Of a stretch of DNA of 64,000 bases, positions 48,915-59,900 are shown one piece after another; the stretch's first letter is position 1, and each line of letters begins with the position of its first letter. The DNA lies in assembly GCA_004431415.1 (NCBI GenBank), contig QPMI01000170.1:151622-215621 (forward strand), given 5' to 3'. The position numbers and the translations under genes are program-made. The notes beneath the pieces were generated by a model, which searched no databases, was not told the DNA's origin, and worked only from the letters and a program-made list of their open reading frames with translations. Origin of the DNA: Cyanophora paradoxa CCMP329 (taxonomy: Eukaryota; Plantae; Glaucophyta).

Positions 48915-49429
48915 TTTGAACGGTTACCATCGCTGTCAATCCGAAGGTCAGACACGCTCAAGATTGGGCGGGGCTTCTCTCGCGGGCGGCGGGCCGGATC
49001 CGATCCGACGTGGAGGCGAGATCCGGCCGATTCGCACGACTACGGATCGCCGCGCTCTAGAGAGCATCGTAGTAACATAACAGAGCTAAACCGGCACCAA
49101 GGGCTGCTCCCTGCCGCTATGGGCGAAACCAATGGCAGCAGCAGCGAGCAGCACGCACATGCAGTCGATGACGGCTTAGAGGCCACAGATAGAGGCGGCC
49201 TAAGATCATCGTGCTTCTCGGGCTTCGTTGGCTGATGTGGCGGATCTCTCTTCTCATCGAAGTACCGCTCGGGGGGCTCGCTAAAGGCTGTTGCGGGACT
49301 TTCCGCTATCACTGCGTTGCGCCCGCAGCATCCGCCCATGGCCGGAGCTTCGGCTTGCAAGAAGCTGGGTTGTGTGGGGGGATTGAAGTGGTCAGGGATA
49401 CCGCGTGTTTGTCGCATCATCAAGCCGCG

Positions 49430-52352
49430 ATGAAGGCGCTCGGCGTGCGGAGGGCGGCGTGGGTCTCCCCGTGCCTCCCCGCGCAGCCCGCAGCGGCCCG
49501 CCTCGTCAGACCACCTTTTCTGGGCGACGTTGTCCTGCAGGCTGCGCCGCAGAGGCGGGGCCGGCAGCGAACCCGCGTGCGTGTGCACGAGAGGACATTC
49601 GAGGGCCCGACGGCGCTGTACAGCTTCCAGCCGGACAGCTCGCAGCGGAGCGAGGCGCACCTGCTCACGGTCCTCTCCCAAAGGGAGGAGGACGAGTTCA
49701 GATCGGAATCGACCCACCAGAGGCCTCGCAGCCCGAGCCCGTCCGCGTCGGACGAGAACGGCGGGTTCCTGCTGGACGCCGGCGCGCACATAAACTGGTG
49801 CCCTTCCCCCGCCCTCTTGAGCGCCACTCTTGAGCGTTCTTTACAGTGGCGACTGTCCTCTGGTCTCGGACGACGGCGGTTCGCGCGCGCGCAGCCGCGG
49901 GGCTCGGCGCCGCTCACAGAGGCCGGCGCGCAGCGTGCACGGTGGTCACGAGTCCGCAGGCGCCGCTGGAGCGGCCGCTGCACACGCTGGCGGAGACGCA
50001 CGCGGCGCTGCTGGAGGAGTGGGTCCCCGAGCTGAACCGGGGCGTGGACCCGGCGCAGCTGGCGACGACCTCGGCGCGACCCGTCTGGTGGCGCTGCCCC
50101 TCGGGCCACGTCTACGAGGCCTCCGTCGCCGCTCGCACCGGCTCGACACAGGCCGGTGCGCCCCCCGCAGCCCGCGCCCCGCCCTCCCCCGCCGACGAAG
50201 CGGCCGGCCCCGCCAGGCTGCCCGCACTGCCGGCCGCGGAGGGTGCGTCCCGGGCGCTCGCTGGCGGAGCTGTACCCGGCGGTGTCGCGGGAGTGGGACG
50301 AGGAGCGGAACGGGGCGCTGGGGCCGGAGGAGGTGGCGCCGAGCTCGGCGCGGCAGGCGTGGTGGCGCTGCCGGGCGGACCCCGAGGCGCACGTCTGGCA
50401 GCAGTCCGTCGCCGCCCGCGTCGCCGGCGGCCGCCTCGCGCCCTGCCCCTACTGCTCGGGCCGCAAGGTGCGCGCGCCGCCCCGCGCCGACGCCGGCGCG
50501 TGCGCGTGGCGAGCCGGGGCAGGTGCTGGCGGGGGAGAGCCTCGCGGCGCGCTTCCCGCGCATCGCCGCCCAGTGGCACCCCACCCGCAACAAGGAGAGC
50601 CCCGAGCAGGCCCGCCACGCCCCGCCCCCTTCCTTCGCCCAGCGCGCCCCCCGAGCCGCCGCCGGCAGGTCTCCCCGAACTCCTTCCGCCGCGTCTGGTG
50701 GATGGCGCGCCGCCCGACCCCCGCCCGCGCCGCTGCTCCGGCCTTCCGCTGAAGTGGCGGGGCGGGGCGCAGTGCCCGTCGCACGAGTGGCAGTCGACGG
50801 TGTACGCGCGCACGCGCCTGCACGACGCCGGCTGCCCCATCTGCGAGCGCTGGAACATCTGCGCCGGTGCGCACCGCGCGCGCACCCGCCGCGGGGCGCG
50901 CGGGGCGGGGCGCTGAGGGGCGGGCAGGGAACAACCTGCTGGCGCGGTTCCCGGCGGTGGCGGCGGAGCTGGACGCGGAGGCGAACGGCGGGGTGACGGC
51001 GGCGGCGCTGGCGCCGGGCTCGAACAAGAAGGTCTGGTGGCGCTGCGGGGCCGGCCACGCCTGGCTCGCCTCCCCCGCCATGCGCACCGCCTCGGGCACC
51101 GGCTGCCCCGAGGTGCGCGCGCCCCAGCGCCCCGCGCCCCGCCCCGCCCGCCCGCCGCGCTCAACGAGGGCGGGGGACCAGTGCGCGGCGGGGCGGGCGG
51201 TGCGGGAGAACAACCTGGCGGAGCGCTACCCGCGGTGGCCGCCGAGCTCGCCCCGGACCTCAACCCGGGCGTCACCCCGAGCAGGCCCGCCCCCGGCCCC
51301 GCCCCGCGCCCCGCCCCCTCCCCGCCCCGCCCCGCCGCCCCTGACGCGGCGGCAGCTCTCGGCGGGGAGCGGGCGGCGGCTCTGGTGGCGCTGCGGGGAA
51401 GGGCACGTCTGGCAGTCCACCGTCCTCAAGCGCGCCCCGCCCCCGCCCAGTCGCGCTCGGTGTCGGGGCGCTGGGCTGAGGGGGCGCAGCCGGACGGCGG
51501 CGGGGCGGTCGGGGCGGTGCCCGCAGTGCACGGGGCGGCGGGCGACGCGGGAGCGCTCGCTGCTGGGGACGCACCCCGCCCTCGCCGCCCAGTTCCACCC
51601 CGAGCTCAACGCCCCCGTCCGCCCCGCCCCGCCCGCCCCCCGCCCACGCCCCGCCCACGCGGGGCCGGCGCGGGGGCAGCTGCGGTCGAGGAGGTGACGG
51701 CGGGGAGCGGGCGCAAGGTCGTCTGGAAGTGCCCGCAGGGCGACGACCACGTCTGGGCCGTGCGCGCCCCGCCCCCGCGACCCCCGCGCCGCCGGCCCCG
51801 GGCGAGCCGCGGGTGCGGCAGGCGCGGGTGCGGTCGCGGACGGCGGCGAAGAAGGCGGCGGGGTGCCCGTTCTGCGCCGGCCTGCGCGTCCCGCCCTCGC
51901 GCTCCCTGGCCGCCCGCCCGAGCTCGCCGCCGAGCTGCACCCCGAGGAGAACGCGGGGTGGACCCCGCCCGCGTCTCCGTCGCCTCCAACGCCCGCCTCT
52001 GGTGGCGCTGCGCCGAGCACCCCGAGCACGCCTGGCGCGCCCCGTCGCCGCGTGCGCACCCCGGCCCGCCCGCCCCGCGCCGGGCTCGCCGCCGAGCGCC
52101 CCGCAGGCGGGCGCTGGCAAGGCCGGCTGCCCCGAGTGCGCGATCGAGGGCCTCTCGAGCGAGGGGGGCAGCGAGGGGGAGGGCGAGGGCGGGGCGGCGG
52201 GGCGGCGGAGCGGCTCTGGGCGGGAGGCGGTGCGGCGCTCGCTCTCGCGGCGGCTGGCGGTGGCGGAGCGGGCGCGGGAGCAGACGCTGGCCGTGCCGGC
52301 CGACCCCCGCTTCGTCGTCGCCGACGCCCGCTCCTCCTGGTACCGCCGCTGA
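49430..52352 (+). CDS. Treble-clef/probable zinc-ribbon (DUF4379-like) repeat protein, about 7 repeats
   Basis: The repeat SLAxxxPxxAxEW(D/H)xxxN...P..V...S..kVWWRC...H.W...V..R.....CPxC recurs from about 49980 to 52145. The N-terminus resembles a presequence. Confidence 0.85.
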
Positions 52353-52545
52353 GGCGCCCGCTCCCCTGCCCGCCTGCGATGTACTTGTACCTGCATTGCT
52401 TCTAAATATCTGCTTTTAAGTAATTGAACACGTCTAGGCGTCTTCGCCGACGCACGCGGCAGTTGCGGCAGTTTCCGCGTATCCCCCCGGGGCGCCACCC
52501 CCACCGTGGTAAACGTAGCTGTGCTCGCCGGATCTGCTCTGCTTG

Positions 52546-53866
52546 ATGCGATCGAGCGGCGCCGGGGTGGCTATTGCGAGCAGCGCCGTCATCCTCGTTG
52601 CAGCCCTGGTCGTCCTCAAGCAGCGTTGGTCCGCCCCGGCCGCGGGCCCCCGCGCGGGCGCCGCCGGCACGCAGGGAGCAGACGCGGGCGCGATGAGGAT
52701 CCTCTGCTTCGGCGACTCTCTGACCGAGGTGCGAGTGCAGCTGCGACTTAGCGCGGGTCCGCCCATGATCCAAGCGCCTCGCGTAAGTACGCTCTTCGCA
52801 GGGCTACTACGGGGTGCGTAGAGTCCGCTGCATGCAGGGGCCAGCCGCTGGCGGCCGACGCGGGGGCGGGGCATGGGCAGTGGGGCAGGGAGGGCGGGCC
52901 CTTCTTCGCGCCCTACACAGTGCGCCTGCAGGAGCTCCTCGACGGGCTCGGCGCGAAGAGGCCCATCCTCGTCGAGGCGCGCTAGCAGCCGCCGCCGCCG
53001 CCGCCGCCGCTTCTTAGGCGGGGGGTCGGGGTCAGAACGCGGGGCGCTCGGGGGAGGTGGCGACGGCGACGATGCACAGCCGTCTCGAGGCCCTCCTCCA
53101 AGAGCGCCCCCCCGGCCACTACGCCTGGGTCCGTACGCCCCGCCCCCCGCCCTCCTCGAGCTCCTCGAGCTCGCCCACGCTCACTACGCCGCCCCGGGCG
53201 GGGGCGCGGCAGGTGGTCATCCTGGGGGGCGCGGTGCGGGGCGCGCGCGGCTGGGGCGGGGTGCGGGGGCCGAGGGGGCGGGGCGCAGAACGACCTGGTG
53301 CGGGCCGTTCCGGCCGAGCGCGTCGCCGAGGCCCTCGTCCGCCCCGCCCGCCCCCCGCCCCGCCCCACCCCGCCCCCGCCCCCTCCGCTGCCTCTCGCTG
53401 ACGCGGCTCAGGGCGGCCTGCACGCGCTGGCGCGCTCGCGGGGGGCGCGCACGGTGGCCCTCACGGTGCCCGAGCTGGACTCGCCCACGCCGGCCTTCAG
53501 CGAGCTCCAGACCCCCGCCATCCGCACCAAGCGGCCCGCCCTCCCCGCCCGCCCCCCGCCTTGCCCTGAGGCGGCCCCAGGGAGGCGATCAACGGGGCGC
53601 TGCGGGGGATGTGCGGCGGGGGCGCGGGGGCGCCGCTGCTGCTGGACGTGGCGGCGGCCCTCCCGCAGCACTCCGAGCCCGACCCCGCCGCCCGCGCCCG
53701 CCTCTGGGACGACGGGTCCGCCTGCCCCGCCCCGCTCCTCCGCCCCCTCTTGAAGGCCGGCAGGGTGCACCTGACGCCGGAGGGGTACGCGCGGCTGGGC
53801 GAGCTGGTCTTCGACGTGCTGCGGCCGCACCTCGCCGCCCTCCGCGCTCGACCCCTCTCCTCCTAG
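52546..53866 (+). CDS. SGNH/GDSL hydrolase with an N-terminal hydrophobic anchor
   Basis: AVILVAALVVL, block I RILCFGDSLTE|G, block III VVILGG|xNDL and block V WDDG|VHLTPEGY. Confidence 0.9.
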
Positions 53867-54145
53867 CTCCCCGCCCCGGGCCCTCTCCGCCCCCTCCCCG
53901 CCCTTTTCCCCCCCGCCCCTTCCCCACCCTCAAACCACCCCCAACCTCGACCTCCTCCCTCCCTCCCTCCCCCCCTCCCCCCCCTTGCTCCTCCTCCACG
54001 CACCTAACTCAACCCCCATGTCCAACCCCACCCCTCCCAATGCCACCGCCGCCCCTCCGCACTCCGAAACGATCAACGAAAGCTGGAGCTTTGCATTTGG
54101 ATCCTTAACCTCTGCCAGGTGCACCGGGGAGCTCGGGGGCAGCCC

Positions 54146-56125
54146 TCACTCTACGCCGGCGCCGGCTCCGTGCCGCCGGGGGCGGGAGCCGCAGGAGGCT
54201 GCGGGACCGGGGGGGCGGGGGGCGGGGGCGTGAGGAGCGGGGGCCCGGGGCGGGGCGCGGGAGGAGGCCCAGGAGCGGCACGCGTCCTCGCACGCCTGCG
54301 CGGGCGTCACGGGGCACGCCGCGCGCGGGGAGCGCGCTGGCTCTGGGCGTGGGGGCGGGCCTGGGAAAGGGGCGGCGGGGCCGCCAGGCGAGGCCGCCCG
54401 CCTCGAGGGGCGCCGCCGCCGCCGCCACGTCCGCCCAGACGGCCAGCGCGTCCCCCGCCCGCCCCGGCCCGTACCTGCCGCCGGCGCCCTGCTTCGCTGC
54501 GGCGGCAAAGGCCAGGGCCGGCGTGGGGCGGACCGGAGGGGCAGGGGCCGGCCGGCGGTGCGCTCGACGAGGCGGGCGAGGCGGAGGACCGAGCAGGGCT
54601 CCCCCGAGGCCACGTTGAAGGCCCGGAACAGCGCCCCCTGCCCCCGCCCCCGCCCCACTCAGTGAATTGCGCGATCGATGCGTCGGAGGCTGAGGGTGCG
54701 GCCGGAGCGCGGGTTTCGGGCGCTTGCGTGGCGGGGGCGGCGGGCGGCGAGGCGGAGGGCGGCGAGGAAGCTGTCGGCGGCGTCGCAGACGTGGAAGAAG
54801 TCGCGCGCGCCGCCCCGCCCCGCCCCGTGCACCGTCAGCTCCCGCTCCGCCCCCCGCAGCACCTGCAGCACCGCGATCACGCGTACGCAGGAGGGGCCGG
54901 AGCGCTGGCGGGGGCGAGGCGCCGGGGCGCACGCGCTCGATGCGGGGCATGAGGTTGGCGTGCGGGCCGGCGCCGCGCTCGCGCAGGGCCCCGCTCTCGT
55001 GCGCCCCGACGGGGTTGAAGAGACGGAGGGCGACCACGCGCCACGGCCGCCCGGCGCTCGAGCCGGGGCCCCTGCTGCTCCCCGCCGCGACCTGCTCCAG
55101 CATCTCCTCCGCCGCCCGCTTCGAGGCCCCGTAGGGGCACGTCGCTCCCGCCGCCTCCGCCGCCGCCTCCTGCAGCGGCCCCTCCGATCGCGAGCCGTCA
55201 CCGTACACCGTCGCTGCCGGCGCCCGGGCAGAGGTCCGAGAGTCAGCCGGAACCCAATCGCAAGCGCCGGCGCCGCCGGGCCGCGCGATGGGAGCGGAGG
55301 GCTGGGCGGGCGGGCGCACAAGAAGAGGCGAAGACGAGGACGCGGGGCCCGTCGGGGAGGGCCTCGGCTGCGCTCAGCAGCGCCGCCGTGCCCCCCACGT
55401 TCACGTCCCAATACAGCGCCGCGCTCTCCAGCGACTCCGGCACCGACTTGCGCGCCGCGAGGTGGCAGACCGCCCAGGGCCGCGCGGCGGCGAGGGCCCG
55501 GGCGGTGGCGGCGCGGTCGCGGAGGTCGCAGCGGAAGAGGGGCAGCGGGCGCCCGGCGAGGCGGGCGACGGCGCGGAGGGCGGCCGCGCTGCCCGTCGAG
55601 AGGTCGTCGAGCACAGAGACCTGGCGCGAGACCGTCAGTTTCGATTTACATTTGCCGGTCGCGCTTCAAGGCCTGAATGTAGATCTGCAGCTGAAACTTT
55701 CGCACCTGGAAGCCGGCCTCGACGAGAGCAAGGCAAACGTGGGAGCCAATGAAGCCGGCACCGCCTGTCACTGCCCCGCGGCCGTCAGACGTGCTGGTCG
55801 TGATGCAGAGTGCGTGAAAGGTGCTCTAACCGAGCACGCGCGCTCCATGCGGTGGCTCGAGCTCGTCCTCTCCGGATCCTTGCAGTTGCAATTGCAATTG
55901 AAGCTCGTGATCCCGATCGGAAAACGAGAACGGAACGAGAGGCGCGCTGGTCGCGACTGTTGTGTTCGGCGCAAAATCGATAACACGGTCAAGATCTAGA
56001 CCGGCGGCCGCGAAAAGTGGTTCGGAACCTGCGCGAGTTTTGCGCGAAAATCGCAAGGGTGGCCGCAACAAAACTAGACGCACCGCGAAAACGATCGCGC
56101 TGACCGAGAAAGAACTTTTGGTCAT
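54146..56125 (-). CDS. UDP-glucose 4-epimerase-like extended SDR (GalE/UXE-like) with an N-terminal extension
   Basis: RVLV|TGGAGFIGSH, HLAARKSVPES, VFASS|ATVYG, PYGASK, LRLFNPVGAHESG, RDFFHV and FNVASG. The start codon is uncertain. Confidence 0.88.
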
Positions 56126-56994
56126 GCGAGCCGAGCGCAAATACGTATACATGCGCATCCTTTGCTCGGGGGCGGGAATGCTTGATTGCAGGTTCAGAAT
56201 GCAGCTCCGCGACGTGCGCGCGGGGCGTGACGAGAGACAGCGCATGCGCATGCATATGTGCATTGATCAGCGGCGTGCAAAACAGCATTTTAGCGTCGAC
56301 GCCGCGAGCTTCAAATTCAATGTTGGAGCTGTCAGTTAGCTGGGGTTTGGTGGGGTTTAGCTGTCAGTTAACGTTAGCTCGCGAGCTCGCGCTAGCTATA
56401 TAGCTCATGATCAAAATACTATGATACTCGCAGAGCTCGAGCTCGAGGAGCCTCGGAGCCTCTCAGAGTCTCAGAGTCTGTTGCGTGGCCATGGCCATGG
56501 GGAGCTCCGGCTCTCTCGGGTCATGGGGAGCTCGAGGCTCTCTAGATCTAAATCTGCAACTTAGAAGCCCTAGGCCTGGAGTTGGACAATGGCAAGCCAA
56601 ATTTAAAGGCCGGGCCTGCGCGCGGTGTCTGCGGCTCCGAGGCCGGATCCGGGATCCGCATGCGCATGCCGCAGTGCACCGCGACAGTTGCAACTTGGAA
56701 GCCTTCACTGGATTCACGGCCTACAGCTAAGGCTCCTTCAAGGCTCAGCGGCTTCTCGCCCTCAGGGTCAGCTGCAGCCCATAATAATTGAATCGGAATT
56801 GAATCCGGGTCATGAACCAGTTTTGCAACTGCATATGCATCAACTAACTCTGCAGCTGCCGCAGTGCAGTGTGCCAGCCGCGGGCCGGGCCCGGGGCGTG
56901 GGGCGCCTACTAGGCTCATGATCAGGAGGCCCGGCGCGCCGGCGTAAGCCTAGGCCCGGCCTTAGCCTACAGGTAAACCGGCGCCTACACCTGA

Positions 56995-59900
56995 TCACGC
57001 GGCGGCGGGGGGAGGGTCCTGGGGGTCGGGGGCGCGGGGCCGGCGGAGGGTGCAGGTGCGGCAGAGGGGCCGGCTGCGGTAGTCGGCGACGAGGCGGCGG
57101 TAGACGGGGGCGCCCCAGAGGCGCAGGAGGCCCCCGTCCGCCACGTTCCCGAAGTAGCCCAGCCCCGCCCGCTCTGCCCGCCCCGCCCCCGATCAGCCCC
57201 GCACGGCCCAGGGTCATGATCAACCCCCGGCCCGGGTCTCGCTTTGAGGGCCCGGGGAGGGGAGTCTGGGATGCGGAGGCACCGGCGTCGGGGGCGCAGC
57301 AGGGGTCGAAGCGGCCCTCGGCGCTGACCCAGGCCTCGCGCCCGAGGAACGGGCACACGTCCTCCTCGCCCCGCTCCTGCGCGCCGGCCCCCGGCATCGA
57401 CGCAAGCTCAGCGAGGAGCGGGGGGGGGGGGGGGGGGGGGGGGCCGGCACGCGGGGCCGGGCGGGGTCGAGGTCGTCGAAGTTGTCGAGGCGGAGCGGCA
57501 GGCCCGTCGCCCGGTGCCGCGCCCCCGCCGCGAGGGCGCGGCACTCGGCGGCCACCGCGTTCCAGCGCGGCGCCGCCTCCGCGGTCCGCAGCCCCTGCCC
57601 CGCGATCTCCCCGAAGTGCGCCCAGAGGCTGCCGGCGGCAGCGGCGGTCGGCGCGGAGGCGGCGGCGGGGCGGGGTGGCGGGGGGCGCGCTGGTGGCCCT
57701 TGACGCGGTCGACGCCGAGGTCGGCGGCGAGGCGCACCAGCGCCGGCAGCTCCGCCAGGTTCCCCTGCGCCCCGCGCCTCGCATCGCCACCGCCGGCAGC
57801 TGCCCCCCGGCGCAGGCGCGCGTGCGGCCCCGGGCACCTCCATGAAGGTGCACTGCAGCGTCACCGTGCACCTGCCGCCCCGCCCTCGCCCCCCGCCCCC
57901 GGCGCCGGGCCCCGCCCCCCGGCGCACCGCTGCTCGGGGTGCTCCCGCGCGTGCTCGTCCCGCACCCGCAGCAGCGTCCTCAGGTTCTGCGGGCGATGGT
58001 AGTCAGGGCGTGGGCGGAGGCGCAGGCGGGGGGGCGATGGAGGGGGCGGGGGGCCTGGAGCTGGCGCTGGAAACGGGTGCCGTGCATGATCGCCTCCTGC
58101 GTCGCCGCCGTCGCCCCGTTCCAGCTCACCTGCGCGGCCCCGGTGCACGCCGTCGCACGCCGCCCGGCGCCAGGCCATGGGCCCCGGGCGGCCGCGCGGC
58201 GAGCCTTGATATCGGAGGCGACGGGGACGATGTCGCGGGCCCACGCCTCCGCCCCGCGCCCTGCCCCGCACCTCGCCCCGGGCGGAGGGGGAGGGGAGGG
58301 GTGCGGCGGGGCCCCGGGGCCGGGGCGGGCGGGCCTGGGAAGGTGCCGTTTGTGGTGAGGTTGAGCTTGAGGCGGAGGCGGGCGCAGAGGGCGAGGAGGG
58401 CGGGGAAGCCGTCCCACAGCAGCGGCTCGCCCATCGTCGACGGGATCACCTGCCCGCCCGTCCCCGCGCGCTCCCGTGGGCCCCGCTCCACTTCGAAGCG
58501 GGGCGGGGCGGGGGGCGGGGCGGGCGGGGACCTCGCGGAGGCCGCGCCCCGCGCACTCCTCGAGCACCCGCGCCACCTGCCCCGCCCCGGCCTCAGCCCC
58601 GCCTCGGGGAGGGCGGGGGGCGGGCGGGCCATGTGGAAGCTGGCGCGGCGGGGCGGGCGGCCCGAGGCGAGGCGCTCCCGCCACACGTCGCTGTGCGGCG
58701 AGAAGCACTCGCACCTGCCCCCGTCACCTCCACCGCCGCCGGGCCGGGGCCGGGCGGGCGGACGGACATCTCGCAGTGGAGGTTGCAGTCGTCGGGGTTC
58801 GTGTCGAGCGTGACCCGCCACGGGCCCTCCAGCGCCGCCGCCGCCTCGGGGCCCGGGGAGGGGCCCGGGGCAGGGGCCGGGGCGGGGCCCCGGTAGAGCT
58901 GGAGGAGCTCCCGCACGTGCTCCGCGAGGGGCACGGCCCCGCCGTCCGCCGAGTGGAGGTAGCCCCGCGCCCCGAGCGCCGCCAGCCCGTCCCGCCCCAG
59001 GTCGATCGCCCGCTGCCGCCCCGGCCGCCGTCAGAGCCTCGCGGGGGGCGGGCGTGGGGGGCGAGGGAGGCGCCTGGAGGGCGGTGGCGAGGCCGGCCTC
59101 GTCGCGGAAGGGGGCGAGGAGCCCGTTCACGCCCTCCGCCACCTGCTCCGCCATCCCGCCCCTGCGCCCCCGCTCCCGCACTCGGCCAGCGGGGCGCGCG
59201 AGGCGGGGCGGGGCGGGCGGGCCGGTCGAAGGTGATGACCGGGCGGCGGGCGTGGAGGGCCTGAAAGAAAACGAGCGCTGTCGGCGCCCGCGCGAGAGGC
59301 GCCCCGGCGCGGGAGGGGAGGCCGGCGCCCCCGCCCCCCGTCTACCGCCCGCCTGGCAAGCGCCTCCGCCGCGGCGGCGAGGGGCGTGGAGAGGGCCGCC
59401 GGGGCGCGCACCTCGTGGATGACGAGCGGGGAGCACTCGTCCCACACGGAGGGGACGACGAGGGCGTCGCAGCCGGCGAGCACGCGCTCCGCCACCGCCT
59501 CGTTCCCGCACTCCCCCATCACCTCCACGCGCCCGCCCGCTCCCCGGCACCTGCCCGCCCCGTCGGGGCGGCGCGAGGGCGGCGAAGGGCGGCGGGGCGG
59601 GGCCTGGGCGGGGTCGGCGAGGGCGCGGCGGAGGGCGGCGAGGAGGGCGGGGTCGCCGGCGCCCCAGATGCGGAGGCGGGCGTCGCCGCGGGTGCGCCCG
59701 AAGGCGCGCAGCAGGCGGTCCAGGCCCTTGCTCGGGTGCAGGCGCCCCAGGAAGGCGAGCTCCACGGGGCCGGCGCCGGCCTCGCGCGGCGGCGGCGGCG
59801 GCGGGAGGTCGAAGCCGTAGTCGAGGACGGCGAGGCGGCCCGGCGGGGCGAGGAGGGCGGCGAAGCGCGCGTCGGAGCGGAAGCGCGCGGCGAGGCTCGC

